In this document: positions 43,536 through 55,133 of the stretch, piece by piece
Layout: every line of letters begins with the position of its first letter
How positions within the stretch are numbered: position 1 is the stretch's first letter
From: an uncultured Chloroflexia bacterium
GTDB taxonomy: Bacteria > Chloroflexota > Dehalococcoidia > UBA2247 > RBG-13-53-26
DNA: 64,000 nt
Direction of reading: 5' to 3'
Assembly (NCBI GenBank): GCA_963720375.1
Contig: CAVRFM010000006.1
Coordinates: 4,594 to 68,593 of the forward strand
The notes under the pieces: generated by a model
The model's database searches: none
Told to the model about the DNA's origin: nothing
The model's input: the letters and a program-made list of their open reading frames with translations, nothing else
Position numbers and translations under genes: made by a program

Positions 43536-43854
43536 GGACAACGAGCATAACCTGTACCTCATGACGTTCATCCTGGAAAAGAAGGGGTACGAGGTGGTTT
43601 CGGCGCGCGATGGCCGTCAGGGCATTGCGCTTGCCGGACAGGCCAAACCGGCGCTGATCCTCCTCGACATCCAGTTGCCCATCCAGAACGGCTATTCTCT
43701 GTCGCGGGAGCTGAGGCGAACCCCGGCGCTCGCCGGCGTCCCTATCGTAGCCGTGACTTCCTACGCCATGGCTGGCGACCGGGACCGGATACTGGCGGCC
43801 GGCTGCACGGGCTGCATTGAGAAGCCGATCAAGACGGATACGTTTCGCTGCTGA
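43510..43854 (+). CDS. CheY-like response regulator, frameshift near the 3' end
   Basis: KRILIIEDN, LLDIQLP, IEKPI. Confidence 0.88.
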   Translation: MKKRILIIEDNEHNLYLMTFILEKKGYEVVSARDGRQGIALAGQAKPALILLDIQLPIQNGYSLSRELRRTPALAGVPIVAVTSYAMAGDRDRILAAGCTGCIEKPIKTDTFRC

Positions 43855-43898
43855 AATTGAGCGATACCTGTCCAACTGCCCGGGAGATGAGAGGGATT

Positions 43899-46617
43899 AT
43901 GAGCACAATTCTGATTGTTGACGATAACAAGCAAGGTCTGTACATGCTGAGGGTGCTGCTGGAAGGCCACGGCTACAAGGTGGCTTCGGCAGCCAACGGG
44001 GCGGAGGCGCTCCAGGAAGCCCGGGGGAATCCGCCGGACCTGGTACTCTCCGACATCCTCATGCCGGTCATGGACGGCTTTACCCTGTGCCGCGAGTGGA
44101 AGAGGGACAAGCATCTGAAGAAGATCCCCTTTGTCTTCTACACCGCTATCCATACCGATCCCAGGGACCAGAAACTGGCCCTGGACCTGGGTGCTGAGAG
44201 GTTCATTGTCAAGCCAAGTGCCCCCGAGAAATTCATAGAACAGGTGAAGCAGGTTCTGGAAGAGCACCGGCGAGGCAGCCTTGTTCCCTCACAAAAAGCG
44301 CCGCCAAAGGAAGAAGTCTTTCTGCAGAGATATAACGAAGCCCTCGTCCGCAAGCTCGAAGAGAACGTATTGCAGCTTGAGGAGACAAACCGGGGTCTGG
44401 TGCAGGAGATCGCCGAGCGCAAGCGGGCTGAAGAGGCGCTGGGGGTTTCGGAAGAGCGATACCGCCTGCTGATAGAGAACGCCAACGAAGGGGTTTTGGT
44501 GGTTCAGCATGGTAAGGTGGTCTTTGCCAATCGCAAAGCCGGCGAGATCGCAGGCTATTCGGGGGTAGAGCTGACCTCCAGGCCCTTTGCAGAGTTCCTT
44601 CCCCCTGATGATCGGCAGATGGTGATGGAACGTTATCTTAATGGGCTGAAGGGCGAGAAGGTCCCCCGCGTTCTTGATTTCAGAATCATTGATAAAGAGG
44701 GTAATACGAAGTGGGTGGAGGCCAATGGGGTCGTGTTTACCTGGGAGGGAAGGCCGGCTGTTCTAGCCCTTATAACCGATATCACCGGGCGCAGGCTGGC
44801 CGAGGACCAGATCCGGTCTTCCGAACTGCGTTACCGGCGGCTTTTTGAATCGGCCGAGGATGGCATATTGATCCTGGATGCCGACACCGGCCGGATAACC
44901 GACGTCAATGCATTTCTGATAAACCTCCTGGGCTATTCAATATGAGGAGTTCCTGGGGAAGAACGTCTGGGAGATCAGTCCCTTCAAGGATATTGCCTTG
45001 AATCAGGAGGCTTTTCAGGAATTGCAGAGGAAGGGGTATATCCGCTATGAGCATCTGCCGCTGGAGACCAAGGATGGAAGGCAGGCCGAGGTGGAATTTG
45101 TCAGCAATGTCTATCTGGTGAACGGCAAGGGAGTCATTCAATGCAATGTCCGTGACATCACCAAACGCAGGATGGCTGAGGAGGCATTGCACGAGGCGCA
45201 GGACAGGTCACAAAAATACCTGGATATAGCTGCCGTTATGCTGATAGCCCTCGACGAAGAGGGCAGGATTGCCCTGATAAACCGGAAAGGATGTATGGTC
45301 CTGGGCTATGAAGAGGCGGAGCTTGTCGGCAAGCGCTGGTTCGATACCTGCGTACCGGGGCAGGTCAGGGATGAAGTGCGCCTTGTTTTCCAGAGGTTGA
45401 TAGCTGGAGAAGTCGAGGCTGTTGAATCCAATGAAAGCCTGGTGGTAACCAAAGGGGGAGGAGAAAGGGTCATCGCCTGGCATCATATTCTTTTGAGGGA
45501 TGAAGCAGGCAGGGTCATTGGCAGCCTCAGCTCAGGAGAAGACATCACCGAGCGCAAGCAAGCACAGGAAACAATAAGGGAATCGGAAGAGCGGCTGAAG
45601 ATACTATTTGAATTTGCTCCCGATGCCTATTATCTGAGTGACCTGGAAGGAAACTTCATCGATGGGAGCAGGGCTGCAGAGCAGGTCATGGGTTATAAGA
45701 GGGAAGAACTGATCGGCAAGAATTTCTTCAAGCTGGGGCTGATGTCTCCGGATCAGGCCCCAAGGGCGGCGGCATTGCTGGCCCGGAATACCCTGCATCA
45801 ACCCACCGGGCCGGATGAGTTCATCTTGAACCGGAAGGATAGCAGCCAGGTTACCGTGGAGATCAATACATTCCCTGTAACTATCAAAGGGAAGGCCCTG
45901 GTATTGGGCATTGCCCGCGATATCACCAAACGCAAGGAGGCGGAGGAGGAACTGAGGCACCTTTCCCGTCGCCTCGTCTCACTGCAGGAAGACGAACGAC
46001 GCATGATTGCCCGCGAGTTGCACGACGAGGTGGGCCAGTCCATGACGGTACTCAAACTCTTTCTGGACAGGGCTTCACCCGCAGAGCTTGGCGGAAATGG
46101 GGCTGAACTGCGTACGGCCCGGGAAACATTACGCGACCTGATGACACAGATACGGAATATATCGCTGGAACTCCGGCCAACTATGCTGGATGACCTTGGC
46201 CTGCTGCCGACCCTGCTGTGGCATTTCAAGCACTACACTGCCCGAACGCATGTGCAGGTCGATTTCAAACATGCGGGGCTGAGGAGAAAGCTGCCGCCGG
46301 ATGTCGTCAGCACCGCCTACCGCATTGTTCAGGAAGCGCTGACGAATGTGGCACGCCATGCGCAGGTGAGTGAGGTGATGGTCTATATTCACGCCGGGCG
46401 TGATGCGCTTGTCCTGGAGATAGAAGACCAGGGCGCCGGCTTTGACACTGACAGGAAGTCTTCCAGAAGCATAGGCCTCAGCAGCATGCGCGAGCGCGTG
46501 CTCGCCCTGAATGGCAGGCTGGTAGTACAATCCATCCCCGGGAAAGGTACTTCTTTGATGGTCGAACTGCCTCTGCCGGCAAAGCGGAGGAAAACGAAAA
46601 AGGAGACAAGCCCATGA
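43899..46617 (+). CDS. Hybrid receiver-PAS x4-NarX-type (HisKA_3) histidine kinase, frameshift near 44940
   Basis: ILIVDDN; PAS units; QEDERRMIARELHDEVGQ; QEALTNVARHA; EDQGAGF; GLSSMRER. Confidence 0.87.
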
Positions 46618-47264
46618 TAAGCATAGTGTTGGCCGATGACCACAATATCGTGAGGCAGGGCCTGCGGAGCCTGCTTGAGGAGCAACCGGACTTCTGCGTG
46701 GTCGGCGAGGCAGCCGATGGGGTGGAGACATCTAAAATTGTGGAACGTCTGCACCCCGATGTCCTGGTGGCTGACGTTATGATGGGCAGCATGAACGGTA
46801 TTGAGGTCACCCGGCAGGTGAGAAGGCTTTCACCGAAGACGCGTGTCGTCGTTCTCTCGATGCACGCTGACGAGGGCTATGTTATGGAAGCACTGCGGGC
46901 GGGGGCGAAGGCCTACGTTCTCAAGGACTCCATTGCAGACGACCTGCTGCATGCCATACGGGAAGCGGTTCTGGGCCACCGCTATCTCAGCCCACCGCTC
47001 TCTGAGCATGTGATCGAGGGGTATCTGGAGAAGTCGGAGGCTACAGTACAAAAGCCTCATGAGAGGCTGACGATAAGGGAGCGCGAGGTCCTCCATTTAC
47101 TGGCCACGGGCCACAACAATGCGGAAATCGCAGCGCAGCTATGCCTCAGCCGGCGCACTGTGGAAGTCCACCGGGCCAGAATGATGCACAAACTCGGTCT
47201 GCACGGCTCAGTCCAGTTGCTCCGTTATGCCCTGGAGCAGGGGATTGCAGCACCGGAAAAGTAA
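46614..47264 (+). CDS. NarL/LuxR-family response regulator
   Basis: LADDH receiver plus LTIREREVL..NAEIA..RTVEVHR HTH. Confidence 0.93.
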   Translation: MISIVLADDHNIVRQGLRSLLEEQPDFCVVGEAADGVETSKIVERLHPDVLVADVMMGSMNGIEVTRQVRRLSPKTRVVVLSMHADEGYVMEALRAGAKAYVLKDSIADDLLHAIREAVLGHRYLSPPLSEHVIEGYLEKSEATVQKPHERLTIREREVLHLLATGHNNAEIAAQLCLSRRTVEVHRARMMHKLGLHGSVQLLRYALEQGIAAPEK

Positions 47265-47279
47265 TTGACTCCTGCTCTG

Positions 47280-47407
47280 CCGTAGGGGGCGGTTTTTCAA
47301 ACCGCCCCGATACGTCCGAACTCACCCCACGCTTCTCCTTGAGGGCGACTCACCCTTCGCTGGAAGAGCCCCCACAGAGATTGCTTCGCCGCTGCGCTCC
47401 TCGCAAT
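47280..47407. repeat. REP-like cluster; its last unit is the IS target
   Basis: GTAGGGGGCGGTTTTTCAAACCGCCCC and GAGATTGCTTCG..CTCCTCGCAAT. Confidence 0.7.
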
Positions 47408-48467
47408 TGTAGATGTTACATATTTCGGGGACGAAAATGCTACTAACCAGCATGTGCTGGGAAGGAGGCTTTTCGTCGATGAGGAACAACAGTCAAGATG
47501 AGACCATTAAGAGGAACTACCTTCAGAAGTACCGATTCCTGATTCGGGAGTATGAATTGGTCAAGGCTGGGAAGCACCCACGGTTTCGCTTTGCCCAGGA
47601 GTTCTATGCCTTCCACGACACAGACCGGAGGAGCTTCCGCAAATATTACAATCGCTATCTTCACAGTGGGAAAGAGGAGGATCTGCTACCGCGTAAACGG
47701 GGACCCAAATGGAAAACCCGCCGAGCTCCCGACCTTGTTGAGGAGCAGGTCAGGACACTGCGCGAGAGGGGGATGAACCGCTATGAGATCGTGAGTGTCC
47801 TCAGGCCAAAGCTAGGTGAGTTGACACCCTCGCCATCAGGGGTGTACACCATCCTCAAGCGCCAGGGGTTGAACCGATTACGACCCGTCATGAAAGAAGC
47901 CAAACGCACCATAATCAAGGAGAAAGCTGGGGAGTTGGCACATGTCGACTGCCATCATCTCTCCAAATGCCTCGTCCTGAACGAGAGCAAGCGGCGTTAC
48001 CTGGTCTGTGTCATCGACTCCTGCACGCGCGTGGCTTGGGCTGAGGTGGTCGATGATATCAAGGCACTCACTGTGATGTTTGCCGCTCTACGCTGTCTGA
48101 ACATCCTGGCTGACCGCTATACACTCCGGTTCAAAGAAGTGCTCACAGATAATGGTCCTGAGGTGGGCACCCGCGATTCCAAGCAGAAGGCCTCGCATCC
48201 ATTTGAACGCATGCTCACAGAACTGGGCATTACTCACCGCTACACCCGACCGTATCGTCCTCAGGCCAACGGCAAGGTGGAGCGCTTTTGGAGAACTCTT
48301 GAAGAGGATCTCTTGCATGAAACAACCTTTGACTCGATCGAGCAATTCAAAGATGAGCTCATGCAGTACCTGGTCTACTATAACCACCACCGTCCGCATC
48401 AAGCACTGGGAGGCAAAACACCGGCACAATTCATTGAATTCTGTCCTCGAATTACGTAACACTTACA
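47408..48467 (+). mobile_element. IS481-family insertion sequence, copy 2 (1060 bp, TSD GCAAT)
   Basis: Matches copy 1 in the opposite orientation; GCAAT at 47403-47407 and 48468-48472. Confidence 0.9.
47479..48459 (+). CDS. IS481-family DDE transposase
   Basis: Same translation as copy 1. It reads on the + strand although the ORF track labels it minus. Confidence 0.92.
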   Translation: MRNNSQDETIKRNYLQKYRFLIREYELVKAGKHPRFRFAQEFYAFHDTDRRSFRKYYNRYLHSGKEEDLLPRKRGPKWKTRRAPDLVEEQVRTLRERGMNRYEIVSVLRPKLGELTPSPSGVYTILKRQGLNRLRPVMKEAKRTIIKEKAGELAHVDCHHLSKCLVLNESKRRYLVCVIDSCTRVAWAEVVDDIKALTVMFAALRCLNILADRYTLRFKEVLTDNGPEVGTRDSKQKASHPFERMLTELGITHRYTRPYRPQANGKVERFWRTLEEDLLHETTFDSIEQFKDELMQYLVYYNHHRPHQALGGKTPAQFIEFCPRIT

Positions 48468-48650
48468 GCAATGACATTTGAACAGGGGCGCTTCGCGAAG
48501 CACCCCTAAACCTGTTGTCATTCCCGTGCAAACGGGAACCCAGAAGGGAATGCCCATAATTCCCTCTACCTTTGATGGGAGAGGGCTAGGGTGAGGGTGA
48601 TGTTTTCCCCTCCCTCTATCTCCCTCCCGCCAAGGGAGGGAGAATGACCA
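48468..48650. repeat. REP-like palindrome cluster
   Basis: GGGGCGCTTCGCGAAGCACCCC, ATTCCC-N8-GGGAAC and CCCTC..GGGAGAGGG stems. Confidence 0.7.
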
Positions 48651-48980
48651 TCCCGGCATTGACGGACGTAGTATTAATACGTAGCAGCAATGATGAACGA
48701 TCTCAATTTATAGCTTATAGGATATTAACTAATCACTAAAGACAAAGATTAAGTATTTCCCACAACCCTATTTAAGTAATTTTGCGGATATCATCTCTGG
48801 CTCGAAAACAGTGATACTGTTGCAGGTGACGGACGGACTGAGCATTACAAGGTATTACCAGCTTACCCCGGCATTTGTACCTCCCCTGAATGAAGGCGAA
48901 AGGCGGGTTTGGGCTCGCAGTTAATATACACTGTCAGGAAGGACAAGAATGTCGGGGCTATTCTGGGAAGGAGGGGCAGC

Positions 48981-49451
48981 ATGGCACAACAAACGTTATT
49001 GGTAGGGCAAGCAACAGCCGCGCGTACTCAGACACAGTCGAGGAGGCTATCCGGAAGCCAACAGAGGATGGTGGTCGATAATGCCCGGATTATTATGACC
49101 GGTGTGGCCATCGAGACTGCAAAGTTGATTGACGTTGTCTGCTGCGGTTTCGGTGAAGTGGTCGACTGGCGGTACTATCGACCTTCCACAATGTCCGGCG
49201 GTCTGGGTGAAATTATCCGTTTTGCACTGACCGAGAATGAAAAGGGGTTGCATGCTGGCGGCTACATTGAACTCAGCGTGCTGCCAGGAGAAGATGAGAT
49301 CAGTGTAAACAGCGGATATTACGATACCTATCACCAGCCTACAGTGGTTTGCCGGCAGTCTCTGCCTTTAAGCAAGATGAATCATCAAAAGCTGGCACAG
49401 GCATTGATGGGGATCTATGACGGTGTCATAAGGGAGTGCAGGGCCCGCTGA
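48981..49451 (+). CDS. Hypothetical protein
   Basis: GGAGG RBS; no recognised family. Confidence 0.55.
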   Translation: MAQQTLLVGQATAARTQTQSRRLSGSQQRMVVDNARIIMTGVAIETAKLIDVVCCGFGEVVDWRYYRPSTMSGGLGEIIRFALTENEKGLHAGGYIELSVLPGEDEISVNSGYYDTYHQPTVVCRQSLPLSKMNHQKLAQALMGIYDGVIRECRAR

Positions 49452-49529
49452 ATTCCTTGACCCGCAGGTATGTGTAGCGCACTCTGTGTCATTCATACGC
49501 AAGCAGGACTTCAGTATCAGTAGGGGATA

Positions 49530-49700
49530 CCCATAATCCCCTCTCCCTGAGATGGAAAGAGCTGGGCTGAGGGTGGCGTTTTCCCCCTCCTTTCCGCCTC
49601 CCTCAGGCCAGGGGAGAGAGCGACTGGATTCCTGCTTTCGCAGGAATGACACAACCTAGCGTGAGTGCAAAACCGTAGGGGCGCTTCGAGAAGCGCCCCC
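49530..49700. repeat. REP-like palindrome cluster
   Basis: CCCTCTCCC..GG stems, GGATTCCTGCTTTCGCAGGAATGAC, GTAGGGGCGCTTCGAGAAGCGCCCC. Confidence 0.7.
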
Positions 49701-49710
49701 TTCATATGTG

Positions 49711-50355
49711 TTAGCGGGCCTCATCACTAAGGCTGAACGGCGGGTAGCGGTCGGTGGTGAGCAGGAAGGCATAGGCAGCAACCCTCAAGGACCAACGGAA
49801 GAAACCGACCATATAGTCAAAAAAGCCTTTGGGGTAGCGGCCGGTGAAGAGGATGACAAACCAGGTCATAATTACCACTGCGATGGCTGCAATTCCCAGG
49901 AAGAAGAGGACAATGTAGTGGGGGATGGCCAGGAACCATTTCACCAGCGGCAGCCATTGATAGAGGTCGTTCTTGGCATCGGGGTAAGGGATCTCGAGGT
50001 GAACTGCCTGTTCCTCGTCCGTCGAGGGATACTCATCCCTCATCAGAGTGACATAGGCGCCAACGCGCGCAGTGAACCTGGTCAGGGCCAGGTTCCAGTC
50101 GAACCACCACCGGGGATACTTCTGCCGGAAGAGAAGCATAAGTACGATAGGCAAAAACAGGAGTCCGCCGGCGGAGAGTACAACGATCCACCCGTTCTCG
50201 TGGCCCCACCGGAATACGGTGCCGTTGGCCAGGCTGAGGACGATAACGATGGGGATCATGGTGATCAGCCTGAAGAAGCTGGTCAACCTGTTCAGCTCTC
50301 TATCGGGATAATCGATGGAAAGGCTGGCTGGATACGGGGCCGTAGATTCTGCCAT
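49711..50355 (-). CDS. DUF4389-domain membrane protein
   Basis: LFRQKYPRWWFDWN..YP; PLVKWFLAIPH; ILFTGRYP..FF..TDRYPPF. Confidence 0.88.
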   Translation of the reverse strand: MAESTAPYPASLSIDYPDRELNRLTSFFRLITMIPIVIVLSLANGTVFRWGHENGWIVVLSAGGLLFLPIVLMLLFRQKYPRWWFDWNLALTRFTARVGAYVTLMRDEYPSTDEEQAVHLEIPYPDAKNDLYQWLPLVKWFLAIPHYIVLFFLGIAAIAVVIMTWFVILFTGRYPKGFFDYMVGFFRWSLRVAAYAFLLTTDRYPPFSLSDEAR

Positions 50356-50509
50356 GATAGTCCCTCCTTAAGCAGTTATGGTGGCTCTGGCGGCACATTT
50401 TCAACGCTGACCGCAGGGTGACACCTTTTTAAAGTCCCTTCTCTGCTGGCACTAAACGTACAGGATGTAATCTCTGGCTGTCAAGCGCTTCTTGTCATTC
50501 TCTCATCTT

Positions 50510-50706
50510 GAGGGCGCTTCGCAAAGCGCCCCTACAAGTTCGCTCTCATGTCATTCCCGTGCAAACGGGATTCCGGAAACGTCAGTAGCTTAGGCATACG
50601 GTGGATTCCTGCTCCCCGTTTTCACCGGGACAAGCTTCGCAGGAATCCGGAGGGAATGCCAGTAATCCCCTCTCCCTGCGACGGGAGAGGGCTGGGGTGA
50701 GGGTGA
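50510..50706. repeat. REP-like palindrome cluster
   Basis: Same three families, including the extended GGATTCCTGCTCCCCGTTTTCAC..GACAAG variant. Confidence 0.7.
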
Positions 50707-50736
50707 TTTGTGAAGGGCTCTCGGTCAAGCAGGAAC

Positions 50737-51663
50737 CTAGCAGGTGTATCCGTTGAGTCTCTCGTTGAATTCCTCTGGACTGAAGCTGTAGTCCTGAGTG
50801 CCATAGCACTCTACAGCAAAGGAAGCGCAGACGCTGCCCATTCTGGCGCACTGCTCAATGTCCTTGCCCCGAACCAGACCGCTGATCAGACCGCCTCTGT
50901 ACGAATCACCGGCACCTGTCGGGTCCACTACTTTCTTTGGTTTGACAGCAGGAATACGGATTTCCCTGTCTGCTGTGGAGATCTGGGACCCCAGCTCTCC
51001 CAGAGTGGTGATGATAACCCTGGCCCGCCCGAGGAGGGCTTTCCTGTTCAGGCCGGTCTTGCTCATGATCAGGTCCATCTCATAGTCATTGGAGATCAGG
51101 ATCCGGCACCCCTCTATGGCCCGGACCAGTTCCTGCGCATTCCACATGGGCAGCGATTGACCGGGGTCAAAGAGGTAATCGATCCCCCTGGCCTTGCAGG
51201 CGCGGGGGTAGTTCACCATGTCCTCAAAATTGCCGGGGGCGATGATGGCGACAGTCTCCTCTGGATGGAGTTTGCCGAAATCGAAGGACGAAGAGTATTT
51301 CATAGCGCCCGGGTTGAACCCGGTGATCTGGTTATCAGCCCGGTCGGTGGTGATGTAGGCACTGGCAGTGAACTCGGCCTCTATGATCTTGATGTGTTCG
51401 GTGGAGATGCCGTTCTTTGCCAGCCATTCGAAGTACCTTTGATAATCACAACCAATGGTAGCAGAGATTACAGGCTTTTCACCCATCAGGGTAAGCGCAT
51501 AGGCGATATTGCCTGCCGTGCCGCCGAATCTCTCCCTCAGGCCGTCCACCTGGAAACAGACGTTCAAAACATGTATCTTCTCCGGCAGGATATGATCTGC
51601 GAAATGCCCTGGAAAATCCATGATCCTGTCGTATGCCAGAGACCCGGAGACAACGATATTCAT
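50737..51663 (-). CDS. PfkB-family carbohydrate/nucleoside kinase (adenosine kinase-like)
   Basis: GSLAYDRIM, FGGTAGNIAY, VDPTGAGDSYRGG. Confidence 0.92.
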   Translation of the reverse strand: MNIVVSGSLAYDRIMDFPGHFADHILPEKIHVLNVCFQVDGLRERFGGTAGNIAYALTLMGEKPVISATIGCDYQRYFEWLAKNGISTEHIKIIEAEFTASAYITTDRADNQITGFNPGAMKYSSSFDFGKLHPEETVAIIAPGNFEDMVNYPRACKARGIDYLFDPGQSLPMWNAQELVRAIEGCRILISNDYEMDLIMSKTGLNRKALLGRARVIITTLGELGSQISTADREIRIPAVKPKKVVDPTGAGDSYRGGLISGLVRGKDIEQCARMGSVCASFAVECYGTQDYSFSPEEFNERLNGYTC

Positions 51664-51893
51664 GATCTTCTCAGATTACCTCGTCCACTGGCACTAAACG
51701 TACAAGATGTGGTCTCCGGCTGTCAAGCCCTTGTGTCATTCCCCCCTACACCCGTTGTCATTCTCCCGCCTTGAGGGCGCTTCGCGAAGCGCCCTCACTT
51801 GATTTGTGAGGCTGGGAGTCGTAAACTGCTTTTCAGAACCGACCGGCTTTTGAGGCCGGGACGAGTTTGTTCTGTGGAGGAAGCATCAAAGCG

Positions 51894-52818
51894 ATGAAGA
51901 ACCGGAGATTCAGCATGGCGGATGCCATTGGCAATACCCCGCTCATAGCATTGCGGAGCCTGAACGGAAACTCCAGGGTGAATATCCTGGGGAAACTGGA
52001 GGGCGCCAACCTCACCGGTTCGGTGAAAGACCGTCCGGCCCAGTACATGATCCGCAAGGCGGAGGAATCCGGCGAGCTCACCGAAGGGAAGACCATTATC
52101 GAGGCCACATCGGGGAACATGGGCATTGCTCTGGCAGCCATAGGCGCTGCCAGGGGACACCGGGTCAAGCTTTTCATGCCCGAATGCGTTAGCGTAGAGA
52201 GGCAGCGCGTACTTACAGCCCTGGGCGCTGAAATTATACTCACCCCGGCAAAGGAAGGCACTGACGGGGCCATCAGAGGAGTCCGCCATCTCCTGGAAAA
52301 GGAACCGGAGAAGTACTACATGCCCAATCAGTTCGATAATGAGGACAATGTTCTGGCCCATTATGAAACCACCGGCCCTGAGATATTCTCCCAGACCAGG
52401 GGCAAAGTGGATGTCTTCGTGGCCGGCATGGGCACGACCGGCACGCTGATGGGGACAGGGAAATACCTCAAAGAGAAAAAACCGGAGATCACTATCGTGG
52501 GAGTGGAGCCTACTATAGGGCACACGATACAGGGCCTGAAGAACATGAAGGAGTCCATAGTGCCTAAGATCTACCGGCCTAAGGTGTGGGATGAGAAGGT
52601 GACGGTTGAGGATGAGGATGCCTTCGAAATGACCAGGCTGCTGGCCACCAGGGAAGGTCTCTTTCTGGGGATGTCGAGCGGGGCGGCGGTGGCCGGAGCC
52701 TTGAAGGTTTCGAAAAATCTGGACCGCGGCACCATCGTAGTCATCCTGCCCGGACCGCGGGGACCGCTACCTCAGCACCACGCTGTTCAGGTCCATCTGC
52801 GCCAAGTGTCCGCCTTAA
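51894..52818 (+). CDS. PLP-dependent cysteine synthase (CysK/CysM family), frameshift near 52752
   Basis: IGNTPLI, GSVKDRPA, EATSGNMG, GMGTTGT, GMSSGA; removing one base restores PDRGDRYLST...SICAKCPP*. Confidence 0.9.
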
Positions 52819-53120
52819 TCCCCGATCTGCAGCAGCTTACCTGGTGTTTGGACATGTCCAGACATCTGTCCTGACTGTCCTGGACAGTGACCGTAGTGCA
52901 GTACAGCCTGCCCCACTATCTACTGTGTCTCCCTTCATACCTGCTTACACAATAATCCACCCAAAATGTAGCCTATTGGGTCGCAATTCTTAGCCTCTTG
53001 TATCTTGCGAGAAACCACAACAGAGGCTCAGAATGAGATGTACTTATTATCCACATTGTCACAGCGATTATTCTGTCAAAATGATAGCTTTTATATGGCT
53101 GCTCAACGCGTGGAGTTTGA

Positions 53121-54266
53121 ATGGTAAATGACGGTAGGGATTTGACAAAGGTTCCGTCTGACGCCGTAGCCGTAAAAAAAGACGTTGAGGCGGTGGATCT
53201 GTCTGTGGTGAGGGATTTCACCGAGCGCAGGGTGGCCGCGGAGGCGTTGCGTGAACGCGGGGGTGAGAATGAGCACCGGTTCCGCGATCTGGTCGAGACC
53301 ACCAGTGACCCCGTGTGGGAAGTAGACCAGAAGGGTGTCTATGTCTACGTCAGCCCGATACTGTGCGATATGTTGGGTTATAAGCCCGAGGAAGTGCTGG
53401 GCAAGACCCTCTTCGACCTGATGGCTTTGAGAGAGGCCGGCCAGATGTTCAAACTTTTCGCCACGGCAGCCGCTGCGCGAAAGCCATTCAGGCTTATCCG
53501 GAACACCCACCTCCACAAGGACGGCCATCCGGTTCTGATGGAGACCAGTGGAGTGCCGTTCTTTGACCGCAGTGGAGAACTCCGCGGCTATCGCGGGATT
53601 CATCGGAACATCAGCGGGGTCAGCAATGAAGACGATATGATCAAGGAGACGATGCGGAAAATGGAGAGGGTGGTGGAAGGCACCATTCAAACGATAGCGG
53701 TGACGGTGGAAATGAGAGACCGTTATATAGCCGGTCACCAGCAGAGGGTGGCTCGGCTTTGCCGTGCCATAGCTATAGAAATGGCCTTTCCGTATGAGCG
53801 TATCCAGATTATCCGTGTGGCGGCACTCCTGCATGACCTGGGGAAGATCTTCGTACCAACGGAGATACTGAACAAGCCCAGCGCTTTAACCGGGGACGAA
53901 AGAATTGCGATCAGGAGCCATCCCAAAGCCGCTTACGATGTGTTGAAGAATGTGGAATTCCCCTGGCCGATTGCCGATATCGTGCTCCAGCATCATGAAA
54001 GGATAAATGGGTCAGGCTATCCCTCCGGCCTTAGAGGCGAGGAGATTCTCATAGAGGCACGCATCCTGGGGGTTGCTGATGTTGTTGAAGCCATGTCCAG
54101 TCCCCGATCCTACCGACAGGCTCGTGATCTGGACAGTACTTTGACAGAGCTCGCCAAGAACAAGGGCGTTCTTTACGACTCCAACGTGGTGGAGGCCTGC
54201 CTGAGCATCTTTCTGGATAAAGGGTTCAAGTTTGAAGCAGAACCGGTGGATTCTCCGGCATCCTGA
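53121..54266 (+). CDS. PAS plus HD-GYP protein
   Basis: PAS unit; RDRYIAGHQ, LLHDLGK, HHERINGSGYP. Confidence 0.9.
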   Translation: MVNDGRDLTKVPSDAVAVKKDVEAVDLSVVRDFTERRVAAEALRERGGENEHRFRDLVETTSDPVWEVDQKGVYVYVSPILCDMLGYKPEEVLGKTLFDLMALREAGQMFKLFATAAAARKPFRLIRNTHLHKDGHPVLMETSGVPFFDRSGELRGYRGIHRNISGVSNEDDMIKETMRKMERVVEGTIQTIAVTVEMRDRYIAGHQQRVARLCRAIAIEMAFPYERIQIIRVAALLHDLGKIFVPTEILNKPSALTGDERIAIRSHPKAAYDVLKNVEFPWPIADIVLQHHERINGSGYPSGLRGEEILIEARILGVADVVEAMSSPRSYRQARDLDSTLTELAKNKGVLYDSNVVEACLSIFLDKGFKFEAEPVDSPAS

Positions 54267-54574
54267 GGTTACTGCCGGAGGCCGCTGCGATGCGGGAAGA
54301 ACGCCAATGGATGTCGGCGGCTATAAAGTATAAAGAGGGTCCCGGAGGTTGGGGTATAGCGGTAGAAGCATACAAATAACCAGGGTGATATTGTTTATTC
54401 GGGAGGAGGGACAGTGTGGATGCAGCCATGCCGGGGATAGAGCAGTCGGGGGACATTGTCGCCTCCTCCCTTTTTGCAGATTTTTGCATTTGGGAGGCAG
54501 GAAGGTTGGCGGGTGCGTCAATGGGACAGCACAGAGGTATCAGTGAGGTGATGGGGCTGCCGATGGTGCAGGAT

Positions 54575-55030
54575 TCAGGAAGACCGGATCAACTCAAGTG
54601 CGCGGTGGTATAACTTGTCCAGATATGTCTGCAGGCGGTCACATTCTTCCGGCGAGAGGCAGGAGAAAATGGCGATGCGGGCGACACTGGCCTCGCTTAG
54701 CCTCTGGTAAGCCTCTTCGCCCTTTGGGGTTAGCATTACTCTGACCATGTTTCTCTTTTTCGGGTCTCTCACCCTGTTCACCAGGCCTTCTTCTTCCATC
54801 TGGTCCAGTAACTTGGATATCTGCTGTGGGTCCCGGTGCAGAAAGTGCGCCAGCATGCGCGGGTTTACCGGCTTCCGGGCATATTTGAGGAAGAATACCG
54901 CCCCGGCTTCAGCCACCGGGATGTCAGCCTGTCGCAGTTCTTTGTCCCTGGCTTTGACCATGGCCCACGAGGCCCGGTGCCACTGTATCCAGAGGTTATT
55001 GCATTGGTCGATGTCAGGATTGACTTTCAT
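54575..55030 (-). CDS. MarR-family transcriptional regulator
   Basis: ISKLLDQMEEEGLV.R.RDP..R..V...LT..G winged helix. Confidence 0.88.
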   Translation of the reverse strand: MKVNPDIDQCNNLWIQWHRASWAMVKARDKELRQADIPVAEAGAVFFLKYARKPVNPRMLAHFLHRDPQQISKLLDQMEEEGLVNRVRDPKKRNMVRVMLTPKGEEAYQRLSEASVARIAIFSCLSPEECDRLQTYLDKLYHRALELIRSS

Positions 55031-55133
55031 GAACCCCTTCCGGATGAAGCAAATATTTTGTATATTGTATCAGATTTGCGCAAAGATTGACGGCGTTCTA
55101 TCGTCCATCTCATATCAGCGATCATCTTCAAAT

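Noticed and set aside
47413-48459. ORF-track minus-strand label for the second transposase
   Set aside because: ATGTTACATATT at 47413 reads on the + strand, so the label is wrong; the likely start is 47479.
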